Below, one piece after another: positions 37,566 to 46,586 of a stretch of DNA of 64,000 nt. The stretch spans positions 96,001 through 160,000 of the forward strand of contig JBBIML010000009.1 of assembly GCA_037444405.1 (NCBI GenBank), read 5' to 3'. This DNA is from Armatimonadota bacterium. Lineage in GTDB: Bacteria; Armatimonadota; Fimbriimonadia; Fimbriimonadales; GBS-DC. A program made the translations under genes and the position numbers. The notes under the pieces were generated by a model. That model was not told where the DNA came from. It made no database searches and was given only the letters and a program-made list of their open reading frames with translations. Positions within the stretch are counted from its first letter, which is position 1. Every line of letters starts with the position of its first letter.

Positions 37566-38279
37566 TTATACCCCCGCCGCGCGAATGAAGGCTTCGAACA
37601 GCGCGTGCGTGGCAGGCGAATCGGGGTCGCGTTCGGGATGCCACTGCACGCCGATGAAGAAGGGCAACGACGCATCCTCGACGGCTTCGATCACACCATC
37701 AGGCGAGCAGGCGACCACGCGCAGCCCGCGCCCGACCGTTTTGACCGCCTGATGGTGCGCGCTCACAATCTCGAACTGCTCCTGTCCAATCAGCTCATGG
37801 AGGCGCGAGTTGCGCTCCAGCTGCACAAAGTGGCGGGGTAGGGCTGGCTCGTCTGGCTCGCGACGGTGCTTGAGCGTTACAAATGGCAGGTCGGGCAGGT
37901 GCTGGTAGAGTGAGCCGCCGCGCCACACATTCAGCAGTTGCGCCCCGTAGCAGATGCCCAGAATTGGCTTACGCCGCTGTTCGAACGCCCGCACCAGCGC
38001 CCACTCCGTCTCGAAGCGGGGGCGCGCCACGATTCGCACCGTCGGATGCGGCTCCTCACCAAAAAGCTGCGGGTCGATATCCGCGCCGCCGGGGATCAGC
38101 AGCCCATCCAGCTGGTCTGCCAGCGCATCGGCGTCTGCCCCGGTCGGTATCAGCACGGGCACGCCACCAGCAACGCTGACCGCCCGCGCGTAGGCGTCAT
38201 CCATCTGCAGCTCCCCAAAGCCGTCCTCTTCAGCACGCCAGTTGCAGCTGATGCCAATCAGCGGTTTGCGCACACGCAT
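37566..38279 (-). CDS. Peptidase C26 / gamma-glutamyl-GABA hydrolase-like glutamine amidotransferase
   Basis: GGADIDP, LGICYGAQLLN, SAHHQAV, GVQWHPE. Confidence 0.92.
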   Translation of the reverse strand: MRVRKPLIGISCNWRAEEDGFGELQMDDAYARAVSVAGGVPVLIPTGADADALADQLDGLLIPGGADIDPQLFGEEPHPTVRIVARPRFETEWALVRAFEQRRKPILGICYGAQLLNVWRGGSLYQHLPDLPFVTLKHRREPDEPALPRHFVQLERNSRLHELIGQEQFEIVSAHHQAVKTVGRGLRVVACSPDGVIEAVEDASLPFFIGVQWHPERDPDSPATHALFEAFIRAAGV

Positions 38280-38318
38280 CGCTCTTCAGCAAAAGCATAC
38301 CTGACGGCGCAGACAAAG

Positions 38319-39401
38319 CTACGGCGATTTTTGCGTGTAGGGAGCGCAGAGCGGGTCGCCCACCACCACATCTTTCCACTGCAAAAAGGGCGACGCCGAC
38401 CAGAAACTCTCCGCCAGATTGCGCCCGCGCGTGTAGTGGTCAAATAGCAGGTGCGCCCGACAGAGTGCGACGGCATACGGCTCCGACACATAGCCCTTCA
38501 CGCCCGTCACGCCCTGCGCAATTAAATCCGCGATCAGCGATTGACCGCCCTGCGTGTAGTTGAAAGTGCGCGCGCTCGTCGAAACGGCGGTCTCCGCAAT
38601 TGCGCCCGGACGAAAACGCAAGCTGCGATAGCTGAGCGCATTAAAACTGCCGTCGTTGCTGCCCCACGAGTAGTAGCCCATGATGTCGCTGATTGCACCC
38701 ACAAACTCGTTGCGCTCGTCCAGAATCACCTCAAACCCACGCTTTTTGAGCCGCTCGGCTGCCTGACGCATGCTATCGTTAATCATTTTGTAGCCGCCCT
38801 TGTCGCGGCGCGGGTCGATATCCAGCACGAAGACGCCCTTCGCAGGCTTCGCCTTCAAACTGTTATCCACCAGCGCTTTGATGTGCGCGACCAGATAGCC
38901 GTCCAGGCGAGTTGCCAGATAGTAGCCGAATCGGCGGCGGCTGAACGGCTGCGCCACGCCAAAATAGGGGTTCTGATGGATGCGCCCCTGCTCGCGCAGG
39001 AAGGGCAACTTGAGTGGCGCACACATCAGCGCCGAATCGACCGAGAAGCCCCCCTCGCGAATGCGTATCGGCACGCCTTTGGTCAGCACCAGAAAGTCGA
39101 CCTTCAGCTCCAGATTGTGCTTCTGCAGGTGGTCATACACGGGCTTCTCGATGGTGTCGCGATAGTCGGTGAGCGAGACCTCCTCGCGCGGGATACAGTC
39201 GATGAGACACAGATGGGTGGCGGGCAGCCCGCGCTTCTGCGCGTAATACTGGGCGATGCTGACCGAGTCGGGGCTGCGCCGCGTCGCTATCACCACCACA
39301 TTCGTCGCCTTGCTCGCTGGGGATAGGGGTGCGGGAACCGCGCCCTTACCCGCTCTCACCATCGCATTCGTCACCCTGTTTGCATTCTGTGCCATCTTCA
39401 T
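38319..39401 (-). CDS. TIGR03790 family protein
   Basis: S..IAQYYAQKRG, YLATRLDG, SWGSND, GAIAETAVSTSARTF, QSLIADLI, GYVSEPY, VGDPL. Confidence 0.85.
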   Translation of the reverse strand: MKMAQNANRVTNAMVRAGKGAVPAPLSPASKATNVVVIATRRSPDSVSIAQYYAQKRGLPATHLCLIDCIPREEVSLTDYRDTIEKPVYDHLQKHNLELKVDFLVLTKGVPIRIREGGFSVDSALMCAPLKLPFLREQGRIHQNPYFGVAQPFSRRRFGYYLATRLDGYLVAHIKALVDNSLKAKPAKGVFVLDIDPRRDKGGYKMINDSMRQAAERLKKRGFEVILDERNEFVGAISDIMGYYSWGSNDGSFNALSYRSLRFRPGAIAETAVSTSARTFNYTQGGQSLIADLIAQGVTGVKGYVSEPYAVALCRAHLLFDHYTRGRNLAESFWSASPFLQWKDVVVGDPLCAPYTQKSP

Positions 39402-40288
39402 TCCTCTCCCGAAGTGAGCAGACCCTCAATAAAGGCGTCGGGGTCAAATGGCTGGATATGCTCCGCTTTTTCGCCTGTGCCGACGAGTTTGATGGGGATG
39501 CCAAGTTGCTGGCGGATGGTCAGCACCGCGCCGCCGCGACTGGTGCTGTCCAGTTTGGCAAGGATGATGCCGGTGATGGGCAGGGCACGGGCGAACTCCT
39601 CCGCCTGACGAATGGCGTTCTGACCCGCGACGGCGTCGATCACCAGCAGCACTTCGTCCGCCGGTCGCCCCAGCGCCTTTTCCGACACGCGATAAATCTT
39701 TTTCAGCTCCTCCATCAGGCGCGCGTGGGTATGCTGGCGTCCCGCGGTGTCTGCCAGCACGAAGTCGATGCCGCGCGCGCGGGCTGCCTGAATCGCGTCG
39801 AACACGACGGCGGACGGGTCTGCGCCTTCACGATGCTTGACGATATCGGCGCCGAGCCGCTCCGCCCAGATTTGTAACTGGTCAATAGCGGCGGCGCGGA
39901 AGGTGTCGCCTGCCGCCAGCAGCACGCGCTTGCCCTGGCGCTGAAGCATCGCGCCGACTTTGGCGATGGAGGTGGTCTTGCCGACACCGTTCACGCCCAC
40001 AAACAGATAGAGCGTGGGCGGTGTGAGATGTTCGCGCAACGGTTCCGGTGCGCCGAGCCACTCGCGCAGGGTGTCGCGCAGCAGCGCGCGCAGCTCGTCC
40101 AGATCGCGCAGGCGTTGCGCCCGCGCCTCCGTTCGCAACCGCTCGATCAGCTGCTCCACCGCGTACACATTCACATCGGCGGCAATCAGCGTCTCTTCCA
40201 GCTCGGCGAGCAGTTCCTCATCTACGCCGCGCCGTGTCAACGCCGCGCCCACGCGCTTCAGCCAGTCCCCGAAAATGCCCAGTCGCAT
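39398..40288 (-). CDS. ftsY: SRP receptor FtsY
   Basis: [49 protein letters not shown]. Confidence 0.96.
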   Translation of the reverse strand: MRLGIFGDWLKRVGAALTRRGVDEELLAELEETLIAADVNVYAVEQLIERLRTEARAQRLRDLDELRALLRDTLREWLGAPEPLREHLTPPTLYLFVGVNGVGKTTSIAKVGAMLQRQGKRVLLAAGDTFRAAAIDQLQIWAERLGADIVKHREGADPSAVVFDAIQAARARGIDFVLADTAGRQHTHARLMEELKKIYRVSEKALGRPADEVLLVIDAVAGQNAIRQAEEFARALPITGIILAKLDSTSRGGAVLTIRQQLGIPIKLVGTGEKAEHIQPFDPDAFIEGLLTSGEE

Positions 40289-40293
40289 GTTTT

Positions 40294-41073
40294 TCAGAGT
40301 GTACCTGAGCGCGTTGCCCACAGGCGAGCGGTATGCCCGCGCGTGTGCCAGCCTTCAGCGTAGTGGTGCACCTGCATGGCGGGCGGCAGCAGTGCAGGCA
40401 GCTCGTCAGGCTGAACCACGCGTTCATCGGACGCAGGTCGCCCGAAATGGTCCCGATGAACCGTCGTGAAACACTCCATCACCAGATGACCGCCTGGCTT
40501 GAGCCATTCCGCCACGCGCCGAACCAGTGGGCGGTGCAGAAAGAAACAACAAACAACCAGATCAAACGCCTGCGCGGGCTGCCAGTCAGCCTCAAGGTCC
40601 GCCTGAATCCACTGGATGGGTGGCGCGTCGGGTGCATAGCGGGCTTGCAGGTCGCGCCCGCGTTGGAGCGCGTCGGGCAGACGATCCACCGCGACCACCT
40701 GCCAGCCACGCTCAGCGAGATAGACCGCCTCACGCCCCGACCCACAGCCGAGATCGAGCGCGGCACCAACCTTTAGCAGCGGCACAACCTGCTGAAGGAA
40801 CTCGTTCGGCTCCCAGAGGCGATAGCGAGGGGGAGAGGGTACAGGTGAGGGGGCAGAATCAACCAGCCGCGCCCGCCTGCCGCGAGCGTGCAGCCAGCCC
40901 AGCGCGTGATAGGCGTCCAATCCCGTGCCAACCAGCTGCATCTCCACCCACCGCGGTGCCAACTCGTGCTGGCGGAACTCCAGCTCGTTCAGCGGGATGT
41001 GAACCACGGCGGCGTTTCCCCGACACGGGCAAGATGCCCGTGCCACACAGAGATAGCGCGTCGGTACAAGCAT
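40294..41073 (-). CDS. Class I SAM-dependent methyltransferase (TehB-like) with degenerate rhodanese-like N-terminus
   Basis: VHIPLNEL..R.HEL; ALDLGCGSGRE; FLHRPL; LKPGG. Confidence 0.8.
   Translation of the reverse strand: MLVPTRYLCVARASCPCRGNAAVVHIPLNELEFRQHELAPRWVEMQLVGTGLDAYHALGWLHARGRRARLVDSAPSPVPSPPRYRLWEPNEFLQQVVPLLKVGAALDLGCGSGREAVYLAERGWQVVAVDRLPDALQRGRDLQARYAPDAPPIQWIQADLEADWQPAQAFDLVVCCFFLHRPLVRRVAEWLKPGGHLVMECFTTVHRDHFGRPASDERVVQPDELPALLPPAMQVHHYAEGWHTRGHTARLWATRSGTL
40829..40854. repeat. Partial CCCTCTCCC-type repeat inside the CDS
   Basis: GGGGGAGAGGGTACAGGTGAGGGGGC matches the 3' part of the 28847 copy. Confidence 0.7.
41024..41046. repeat. GTGG-type REP-like hairpin inside the CDS 5' end
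   Basis: CACGGGCA-AGA-TGCCCGTG-CCAC. Confidence 0.6.
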
Positions 41074-41077
41074 CGCT

Positions 41078-41785
41078 TTATCCGATCAGGCGGGCGATGG
41101 GCGTCTCACCGCCATATACCTGCGCGCCCACGCGCGTCAGGATCTCCACCCGCCGCGTGAAAATCAACAAATCGACCTGACTGCCGCGCCCGATGAACGC
41201 CACTTTCTGACCCGCCTGCACACGCTGACCCTCCTGCACATAGGTCGTGATTTTATTGACGAACTTGTCGGCGATTTCGACCATCGCGAGGCGTAGCGTG
41301 CCATTAGTAATCAGCAGCGTCTGGCGCTCGTTCTCCAGCTGGAAGCGTTTGCCTAACAGGTCAACAGCGCGGCGCAGCCACGCCATGCGGATATACTCCC
41401 ACAAGTCGAGCATCGGCAGGTTCGCACGGGCGGGCGTGTGAATGATGCGCTCCACCGTGCCCTCAATCGGTGCATAGTTGTAATGCACATCGAGCGGACT
41501 CATATAGATACCGATGAGCCAGCCCTCATCGGCGTCGTGCCAGTCGGCGCGGGTGATCTCGCGGATGGGGATGGCGCGCCCCAGCTTTTCGGCGAACACC
41601 GCGCCCTGCACCACCGGGCGGATGTAGACCACCTTGCCGTCGCACGGTGCGAGAATGAGCGTCGGGTCAGCAGGCGGGACACGCTGCGGGTCGCGATAGA
41701 ACCAGACGCGCCGCAAAAACCAGTTCGCCCCTGCCACCACCGCTCCAGCACCAACAGCCACCTTCAACCAGTGGGGTATACTCAC
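41078..41785 (-). CDS. psd: Phosphatidylserine decarboxylase family proenzyme
   Basis: FYRDP.R, APCDGKV, IYMSPLDVHYN.AP, ENER, GSQVD self-cleavage motif. Confidence 0.82.
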   Translation of the reverse strand: MSIPHWLKVAVGAGAVVAGANWFLRRVWFYRDPQRVPPADPTLILAPCDGKVVYIRPVVQGAVFAEKLGRAIPIREITRADWHDADEGWLIGIYMSPLDVHYNYAPIEGTVERIIHTPARANLPMLDLWEYIRMAWLRRAVDLLGKRFQLENERQTLLITNGTLRLAMVEIADKFVNKITTYVQEGQRVQAGQKVAFIGRGSQVDLLIFTRRVEILTRVGAQVYGGETPIARLIG

Positions 41786-41899
41786 AATGTCGATTGTACC
41801 CCTGAAACCGATACAAAGATTGGTGGGAAGGGGTCAAAATATGCAGTGCTGGCGCGTGTACGCGCGCGGGCGAATGCCGACCGAGGGAGGCATGGAACA

Positions 41900-43075
41900 A
41901 TGGTAATTGGCGTGCCGAAGGAGACCTATCCGAACGAGCAGCGCGTGGCGCTGATTCCTGCACTGCTACCCGCGCTGCACAAAGCGGGCTTCGAAATGCT
42001 GATCGAATCGGGCGCAGGTGAAGCGGCGGGCTTCCCCGATGCCGAATATCAGGACAGCGGCGCTCAAATTATCAGCCAGCGTGAGGAGCTGTTCGCTCGC
42101 GCTGAGATTATCGTACAGGTGCGCACGGCAGGTGCCAACCCGCAGTTCGCAGACGACCTGCCCCTTCTGCGCAGCGGGCAGATTCTGGTTGGCTTGATGG
42201 AACCGCTCTGGCAGCCGGCAGTGATGGGGCAGCTCGCGGAGCGCGGCGTCACGGCGTTCGCGCTGGAGCTGATGCCCCGCATCAGCCGCGCCCAGAGCAT
42301 GGATGTGCTGTCCTCGATGGCGACGATTGCCGGCTACAAGGCAGTGCTGCTCGCGGCGAACATGCTGCCCAAGATGTTTCCGCTGATGATGACGGCGGCA
42401 GGCACGATTCAGCCTGCGCGCGTGTTCGTGATTGGCGCGGGTGTGGCAGGGTTGCAGGCGATTGCCACCGCGCGCCGACTGGGCGCCGTCGTCGAAGCCT
42501 ACGATATCCGCCCTGCCGCCCGACAGGAAGCCGAAAGCTTGGGCGCCAAGTTCGTCGCGCTGGGGCTGGAAAGCGAGGAGGCGCAGGAAGCCACTGGCTA
42601 CGCCAGAGCCTTCGACGAAGCCTTCTATCGGCGCCAGCAGCAACTGCTGACCTCCGTCATAGCTCGCAACGATGTGGTCATCACCACCGCGGCGGTGCCC
42701 GGCGCACGCGCACCGCTGCTGATCACCCGCGAGATGGTGCGCACCATGCGACCCGGCTCGGTGATTATTGACCTTGCCGCCGAATGGGGTGGCAACTGCG
42801 AACTCACCCGCGCTGGCGAACGCATCACCGAAAACGGCGTGACGATTGTGGGCGCCGTTAACCTCGCCTCCACCATCCCCCAGCACGCCAGCCAGCTCTA
42901 CAGCCGCAACATCACCAACTTCCTCAACCTGCTGTTCAGGGATGGACAGCTCAACTTGGACGATGAGATCACGCGCAGCACGCTCGTGACCCATCAGGGC
43001 GAGGTGGTACATCCGCGCGTGAAGGAGAAACTTAGTGCAAACCCACTGTCAGGAGGTGAACCAGATGCCCGCTGA
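41900..43075 (+). CDS. pntA: NAD(P) transhydrogenase subunit alpha, part 1
   Basis: IGVPKE, RISRAQSMDVLSS, GAGVAGLQAIATA, DLAAE.GGNC. Confidence 0.96.
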   Translation: MVIGVPKETYPNEQRVALIPALLPALHKAGFEMLIESGAGEAAGFPDAEYQDSGAQIISQREELFARAEIIVQVRTAGANPQFADDLPLLRSGQILVGLMEPLWQPAVMGQLAERGVTAFALELMPRISRAQSMDVLSSMATIAGYKAVLLAANMLPKMFPLMMTAAGTIQPARVFVIGAGVAGLQAIATARRLGAVVEAYDIRPAARQEAESLGAKFVALGLESEEAQEATGYARAFDEAFYRRQQQLLTSVIARNDVVITTAAVPGARAPLLITREMVRTMRPGSVIIDLAAEWGGNCELTRAGERITENGVTIVGAVNLASTIPQHASQLYSRNITNFLNLLFRDGQLNLDDEITRSTLVTHQGEVVHPRVKEKLSANPLSGGEPDAR

Positions 43076-43388
43076 ACATGCCACGCTGACTGTGCAGGAT
43101 ATTCTCGTAAACCTGCTCATTTTTCTGCTGGCGAGCTTTCTGGGACTGGAATTGATTCGCCATGTATCGCGCCTGTTGCACACGCCACTGATGTCGCTGA
43201 CGAACGCCATCTCGTCGGTATCGGTGGTGGCGGCGCTGATTGTGCTGGCGAACCCCAGGAACAACTTTATCCTGTGGCTGGCGGTGATCGCTGTCGCGCT
43301 GGCGATGTCGAATGTGATCAGCGGCTTCATGATCACCGAGCGCATCCTGCTGATGTTCAGGCGACATCAAGGAGGTGAGCGCGAATGA
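43065..43388 (+). CDS. NAD(P) transhydrogenase subunit alpha, part 2
   Basis: LHTPLMSLTNAIS, NVISGF.ITER.L.MF; RBS AGGAGGTG. Confidence 0.95.
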   Translation: MPAEHATLTVQDILVNLLIFLLASFLGLELIRHVSRLLHTPLMSLTNAISSVSVVAALIVLANPRNNFILWLAVIAVALAMSNVISGFMITERILLMFRRHQGGERE

Positions 43389-44767
43389 GCATGGATGTGC
43401 TGGTTCAGCTGCTCTATGTGTTGGCAGCGGTGCTATTTGTGCTGTCGCTGAAGGCGATGAGCGAGGTGCGCACGGCTCGCTGGGGCAACTGGGCGGGCAG
43501 TGCGGGCATGCTAATCGCGATTGTTGCCACCCTGCTGGCATACCGTGTGGAGCGTTATGACCTGCTGATTGGCGCGGTGCTTGTGGGCGCGATTATCGGT
43601 GTCCCGATTGCGCTCAAGCTGCCGATGACCGCCGTGCCCCAGCGAACCGCCATGTCGCACGCCTTCGGCTCGTTGGCGGTCGCGCTCGTCGGAACCGCCA
43701 AATATTATCAACTCTATCCCGATATCGACCGCTTCACGATGGCAGTGCTGGCATCGGAGATGATTCTGGGCTATCTCACCTTCACAGGGAGCTGTATCGC
43801 GTTCGCCAAGCTGCAGGAGTTAATCTCGGGCAAGCCGCTCATCTATCCAGGGCGCAACTTTGTGAGCCTGCTGGTGCTGGGCGTGGCGGTGGTGTTAGGT
43901 ATCGCGCTGGTGATTGACCCTGCGCAGAGCGCGCTGCTGCCGATGATGATTGTGGCGGCGCTGCTGTTCGGCTTCCTGCTGGTGATGGGCATCGGTGGCG
44001 CGGACATGCCGACGGTGATCGCGATCCTGAACTCTTACGCGGGTCTATCGGCAGCTGCGCTGGGCTTCGTGCTGAACAATAAACTGCTGATTGTGGCGGG
44101 CACGCTGGACGGCTCGTCGGGCTTCATTCTGGCGATATTGATGTGCAAGGCGATGAACCGTTCCTTCACGAATGTGCTGTTCGGAGGCGTGGGCGCGCCT
44201 GTGCCGAAGGCGGGCGGTGCAGGGGGCGAAGCCCGCACCGTGGTCGCCTATACGCCCGAAGATGTGGCTGCCATTCTCGACGGCGCACGGCTGGTGATGG
44301 TGGTACCCGGCTACGGGATGGCAGCGGCACAGGCACAGCACGCCGTGAAGGAGCTGCAGGATGTGCTGGAGGCGCGAGGCGTGACGGTCAAGTATGCGAT
44401 TCACCCCGTCGCAGGGCGCATGCCGGGGCACATGAATGTGCTGCTGGCGGAGGCGCAGGTCTCCTACGATAAGCTGCTGGAGATGGACGAGGCGAACCTG
44501 CTGTTCCCTGAATGCGATGTGGCGATTGTGGTGGGCGCGAACGACATCACGAACCCCGCCGCCCGCACCAAGCCCGACTCACCCCTGTACGGCATGCCGA
44601 TTCTGGATGTGGACAAAGCCCGTACAGTGGTGTTCATTAAGCGCAGTCTGGCGGCAGGCTTCGCCGGCGTGGATAACGAGCTGTTCTACCTGCCACACAC
44701 GATGATGGTCTTCGGCGACGCCAAAAAGGTGGTCACCGATATCGTCACCGCGCTGAAGAAGGCATAG
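43385..44767 (+). CDS. pntB: NAD(P) transhydrogenase subunit beta
   Basis: IGGADMP, CKAMNRS, VPGYGMA, HPVAGRMPGHMNVLLAEA, GAND. Confidence 0.97.
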   Translation: MSMDVLVQLLYVLAAVLFVLSLKAMSEVRTARWGNWAGSAGMLIAIVATLLAYRVERYDLLIGAVLVGAIIGVPIALKLPMTAVPQRTAMSHAFGSLAVALVGTAKYYQLYPDIDRFTMAVLASEMILGYLTFTGSCIAFAKLQELISGKPLIYPGRNFVSLLVLGVAVVLGIALVIDPAQSALLPMMIVAALLFGFLLVMGIGGADMPTVIAILNSYAGLSAAALGFVLNNKLLIVAGTLDGSSGFILAILMCKAMNRSFTNVLFGGVGAPVPKAGGAGGEARTVVAYTPEDVAAILDGARLVMVVPGYGMAAAQAQHAVKELQDVLEARGVTVKYAIHPVAGRMPGHMNVLLAEAQVSYDKLLEMDEANLLFPECDVAIVVGANDITNPAARTKPDSPLYGMPILDVDKARTVVFIKRSLAAGFAGVDNELFYLPHTMMVFGDAKKVVTDIVTALKKA

Positions 44768-44791
44768 AGCGAATCGGGCATTTGATAGTCG

Positions 44792-46009
44792 CTATCGCTC
44801 GCGCCGTTTGCTCTCTGCCGCCTGGAGCATCTCGCGAACGGTGAACCCGAGCGGCTGCCCTAACTCAACCTTGCGCCGCGCCGATTGGAGCGCCTCAGCT
44901 GCACCTGACGGAACGAAATTATACCACTGGCTTCGCGCCTGCGTGCCCCACCAGTCCATCCGCTCGCTGTAGCACCACACATACTCATCGGTGAGATAGA
45001 GTGCCCAGTAGGCGTTATGCTCCAGCCAGCGGGCACGCTCCTCTGGCAAGAGAAAGAAGCTCACAAAGCGTTCGGGGTTCGGCTGACGCAATGCGAACAG
45101 CTGATCAATATAAAGCGCGAAGCCCGCCTGCACATGCAATCGATACTTGCGCCGATTTTCAGGTGCAACCAGCGTCAGCGCACGCTGCTTCATCAGATGA
45201 TAGGCGCGAAAATACTGCTCGGCATCCTGATAATAGTACGCCGATTCGTTGCCGTCCACAATCAGTGTCTGCCCTCTGATGGCGTCCAGCATCCCGTTCA
45301 GGAAGGCGGGCAGGAGACCATAGTTATGATTACTAAGCCGTCGGGCGCGCGCCTCCTTATCAGCAATGTCCACAATATCAGGAAACAGGCTCAGCTGGAA
45401 GAAGGTCAGCAGGCGTAGATCGGGGAACTCGCTCTGCAGCGCTCGCAGAAAGCGTGCCCCGCATTCACGCACGCGACGCTGATAGTCCTCAAAACTTTTG
45501 TGCTGTGCCTGCGGTTGAGAGGGGTAGTGCCACGGATTGCCGTTGTACGGCTCAGGATCAAAACAGATGCCGACCATCTTGCCCACCCTCGCAACTCGTG
45601 CAATCAGACGGGCATTCTGTTCGGCAGACCGCCAGTGCCGGGCGTCGAACCAGTCCCAGCCTTTTTGCGCGGTGCCCCACATCAAAATAAAGTTTTCGAT
45701 AAATCGCTCAAACCTGGTTGCCAGCAGGTTGGCGCGATCATCAGCATAGTCTGAGGCACTGGCTGAACGAAGGCGAAAGATATGCGCAGGATAGTCCTGC
45801 CAGCCGCCTTTGAGGCGAATCACAATCCCATCAAAGAAGGGGCACCTCTGCTCCATCGCGCGGATATTTGCCCGCACAAATGCGGGATCGGGCACACCCC
45901 AACCGTACTGAATCAGTTTCTTGCGCGGTCGATCCCCCTCTACCTGTCGTGCGGCAGGCAATGCCTTCCTGGAAGCCTCTTTAGCATCCCAAGTAAATTC
46001 ATCTTGCAT
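44792..46009 (-). CDS. Hypothetical protein, possibly glycoside-hydrolase-like barrel
   Basis: 405-aa ORF with RBS AGGAG; KKLIQYGW, PFFDGI, DWFD, GICFDPEPY, IVDGNE, DEYVWCYSE. Confidence 0.75.
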   Translation of the reverse strand: MQDEFTWDAKEASRKALPAARQVEGDRPRKKLIQYGWGVPDPAFVRANIRAMEQRCPFFDGIVIRLKGGWQDYPAHIFRLRSASASDYADDRANLLATRFERFIENFILMWGTAQKGWDWFDARHWRSAEQNARLIARVARVGKMVGICFDPEPYNGNPWHYPSQPQAQHKSFEDYQRRVRECGARFLRALQSEFPDLRLLTFFQLSLFPDIVDIADKEARARRLSNHNYGLLPAFLNGMLDAIRGQTLIVDGNESAYYYQDAEQYFRAYHLMKQRALTLVAPENRRKYRLHVQAGFALYIDQLFALRQPNPERFVSFFLLPEERARWLEHNAYWALYLTDEYVWCYSERMDWWGTQARSQWYNFVPSGAAEALQSARRKVELGQPLGFTVREMLQAAESKRRER

Positions 46010-46147
46010 GGCTGTTCAGACACCGCTCCTGGTAAAAAAGATATAGGCGGACGCCGACGAGCGCCACATCGTTCCGGCGTACCATCTCATCATAAGCCCA
46101 GGCACTCTCTGTTCGGGCAGGCATCTTCGTATCATACATGCGCCGGC

Positions 46148-46579
46148 TCAAGGAAAGATTGCATAAACCACCTCGGCGAAGGTGCGGGGGGTTTCGTGGA
46201 CGCGCACGCGCAATAGCTCGAGATGGCTATACGCCTGCAGGGCTGTTAGCAGCCGCTCGGCAATATAGCGGGCGATGTTCTCCGCCGTCGTGGGAAACGG
46301 CACATAGACCACCTTGAACTCTGGATGCCCCTCAAAGAAGGCTTTCATCACCATGTCGCTGGTGTCGCAGAGGAAGGCATGATCCAGCTCCTGAATGATG
46401 GGGCGCACCAGTCGGGTGAGTTCATGGTAATCCAGCACCATGCCCCTTTCGTCAGGCTGACCTTCCAGCTCCACGCGCACTGCATAGGAGTGCCCGTGCA
46501 GGTGCTGGCACCCGCCCGTGTGCCCCGGCAGGCGGTGCCCCATCTCCCAGTGGAAGGTTTTGGCGATTCGGACGCTCAT
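46148..46579 (-). CDS. queD: 6-carboxytetrahydropterin synthase (QueD/PTPS family)
   Basis: F.WEMGHRL, CQHLHGHSY, GMVLD, LDH, TTAEN, VHET. Confidence 0.92.
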   Translation of the reverse strand: MSVRIAKTFHWEMGHRLPGHTGGCQHLHGHSYAVRVELEGQPDERGMVLDYHELTRLVRPIIQELDHAFLCDTSDMVMKAFFEGHPEFKVVYVPFPTTAENIARYIAERLLTALQAYSHLELLRVRVHETPRTFAEVVYAIFP

Positions 46580-46586
46580 GGCGGTA

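Noticed and set aside
36343..39330. Further in-frame repeat remnants (PTSPLSP in the TamB-like gene ~36343-36360; APLSP in TIGR03790 ~39318-39330)
   Set aside because: Matches are too short to distinguish from chance Pro/Ser-rich linkers.
41438..41899. N-terminal extension of pntA
   Set aside because: It overlaps psd on the opposite strand; the family start MVIGVPKE with RBS is at 41900.
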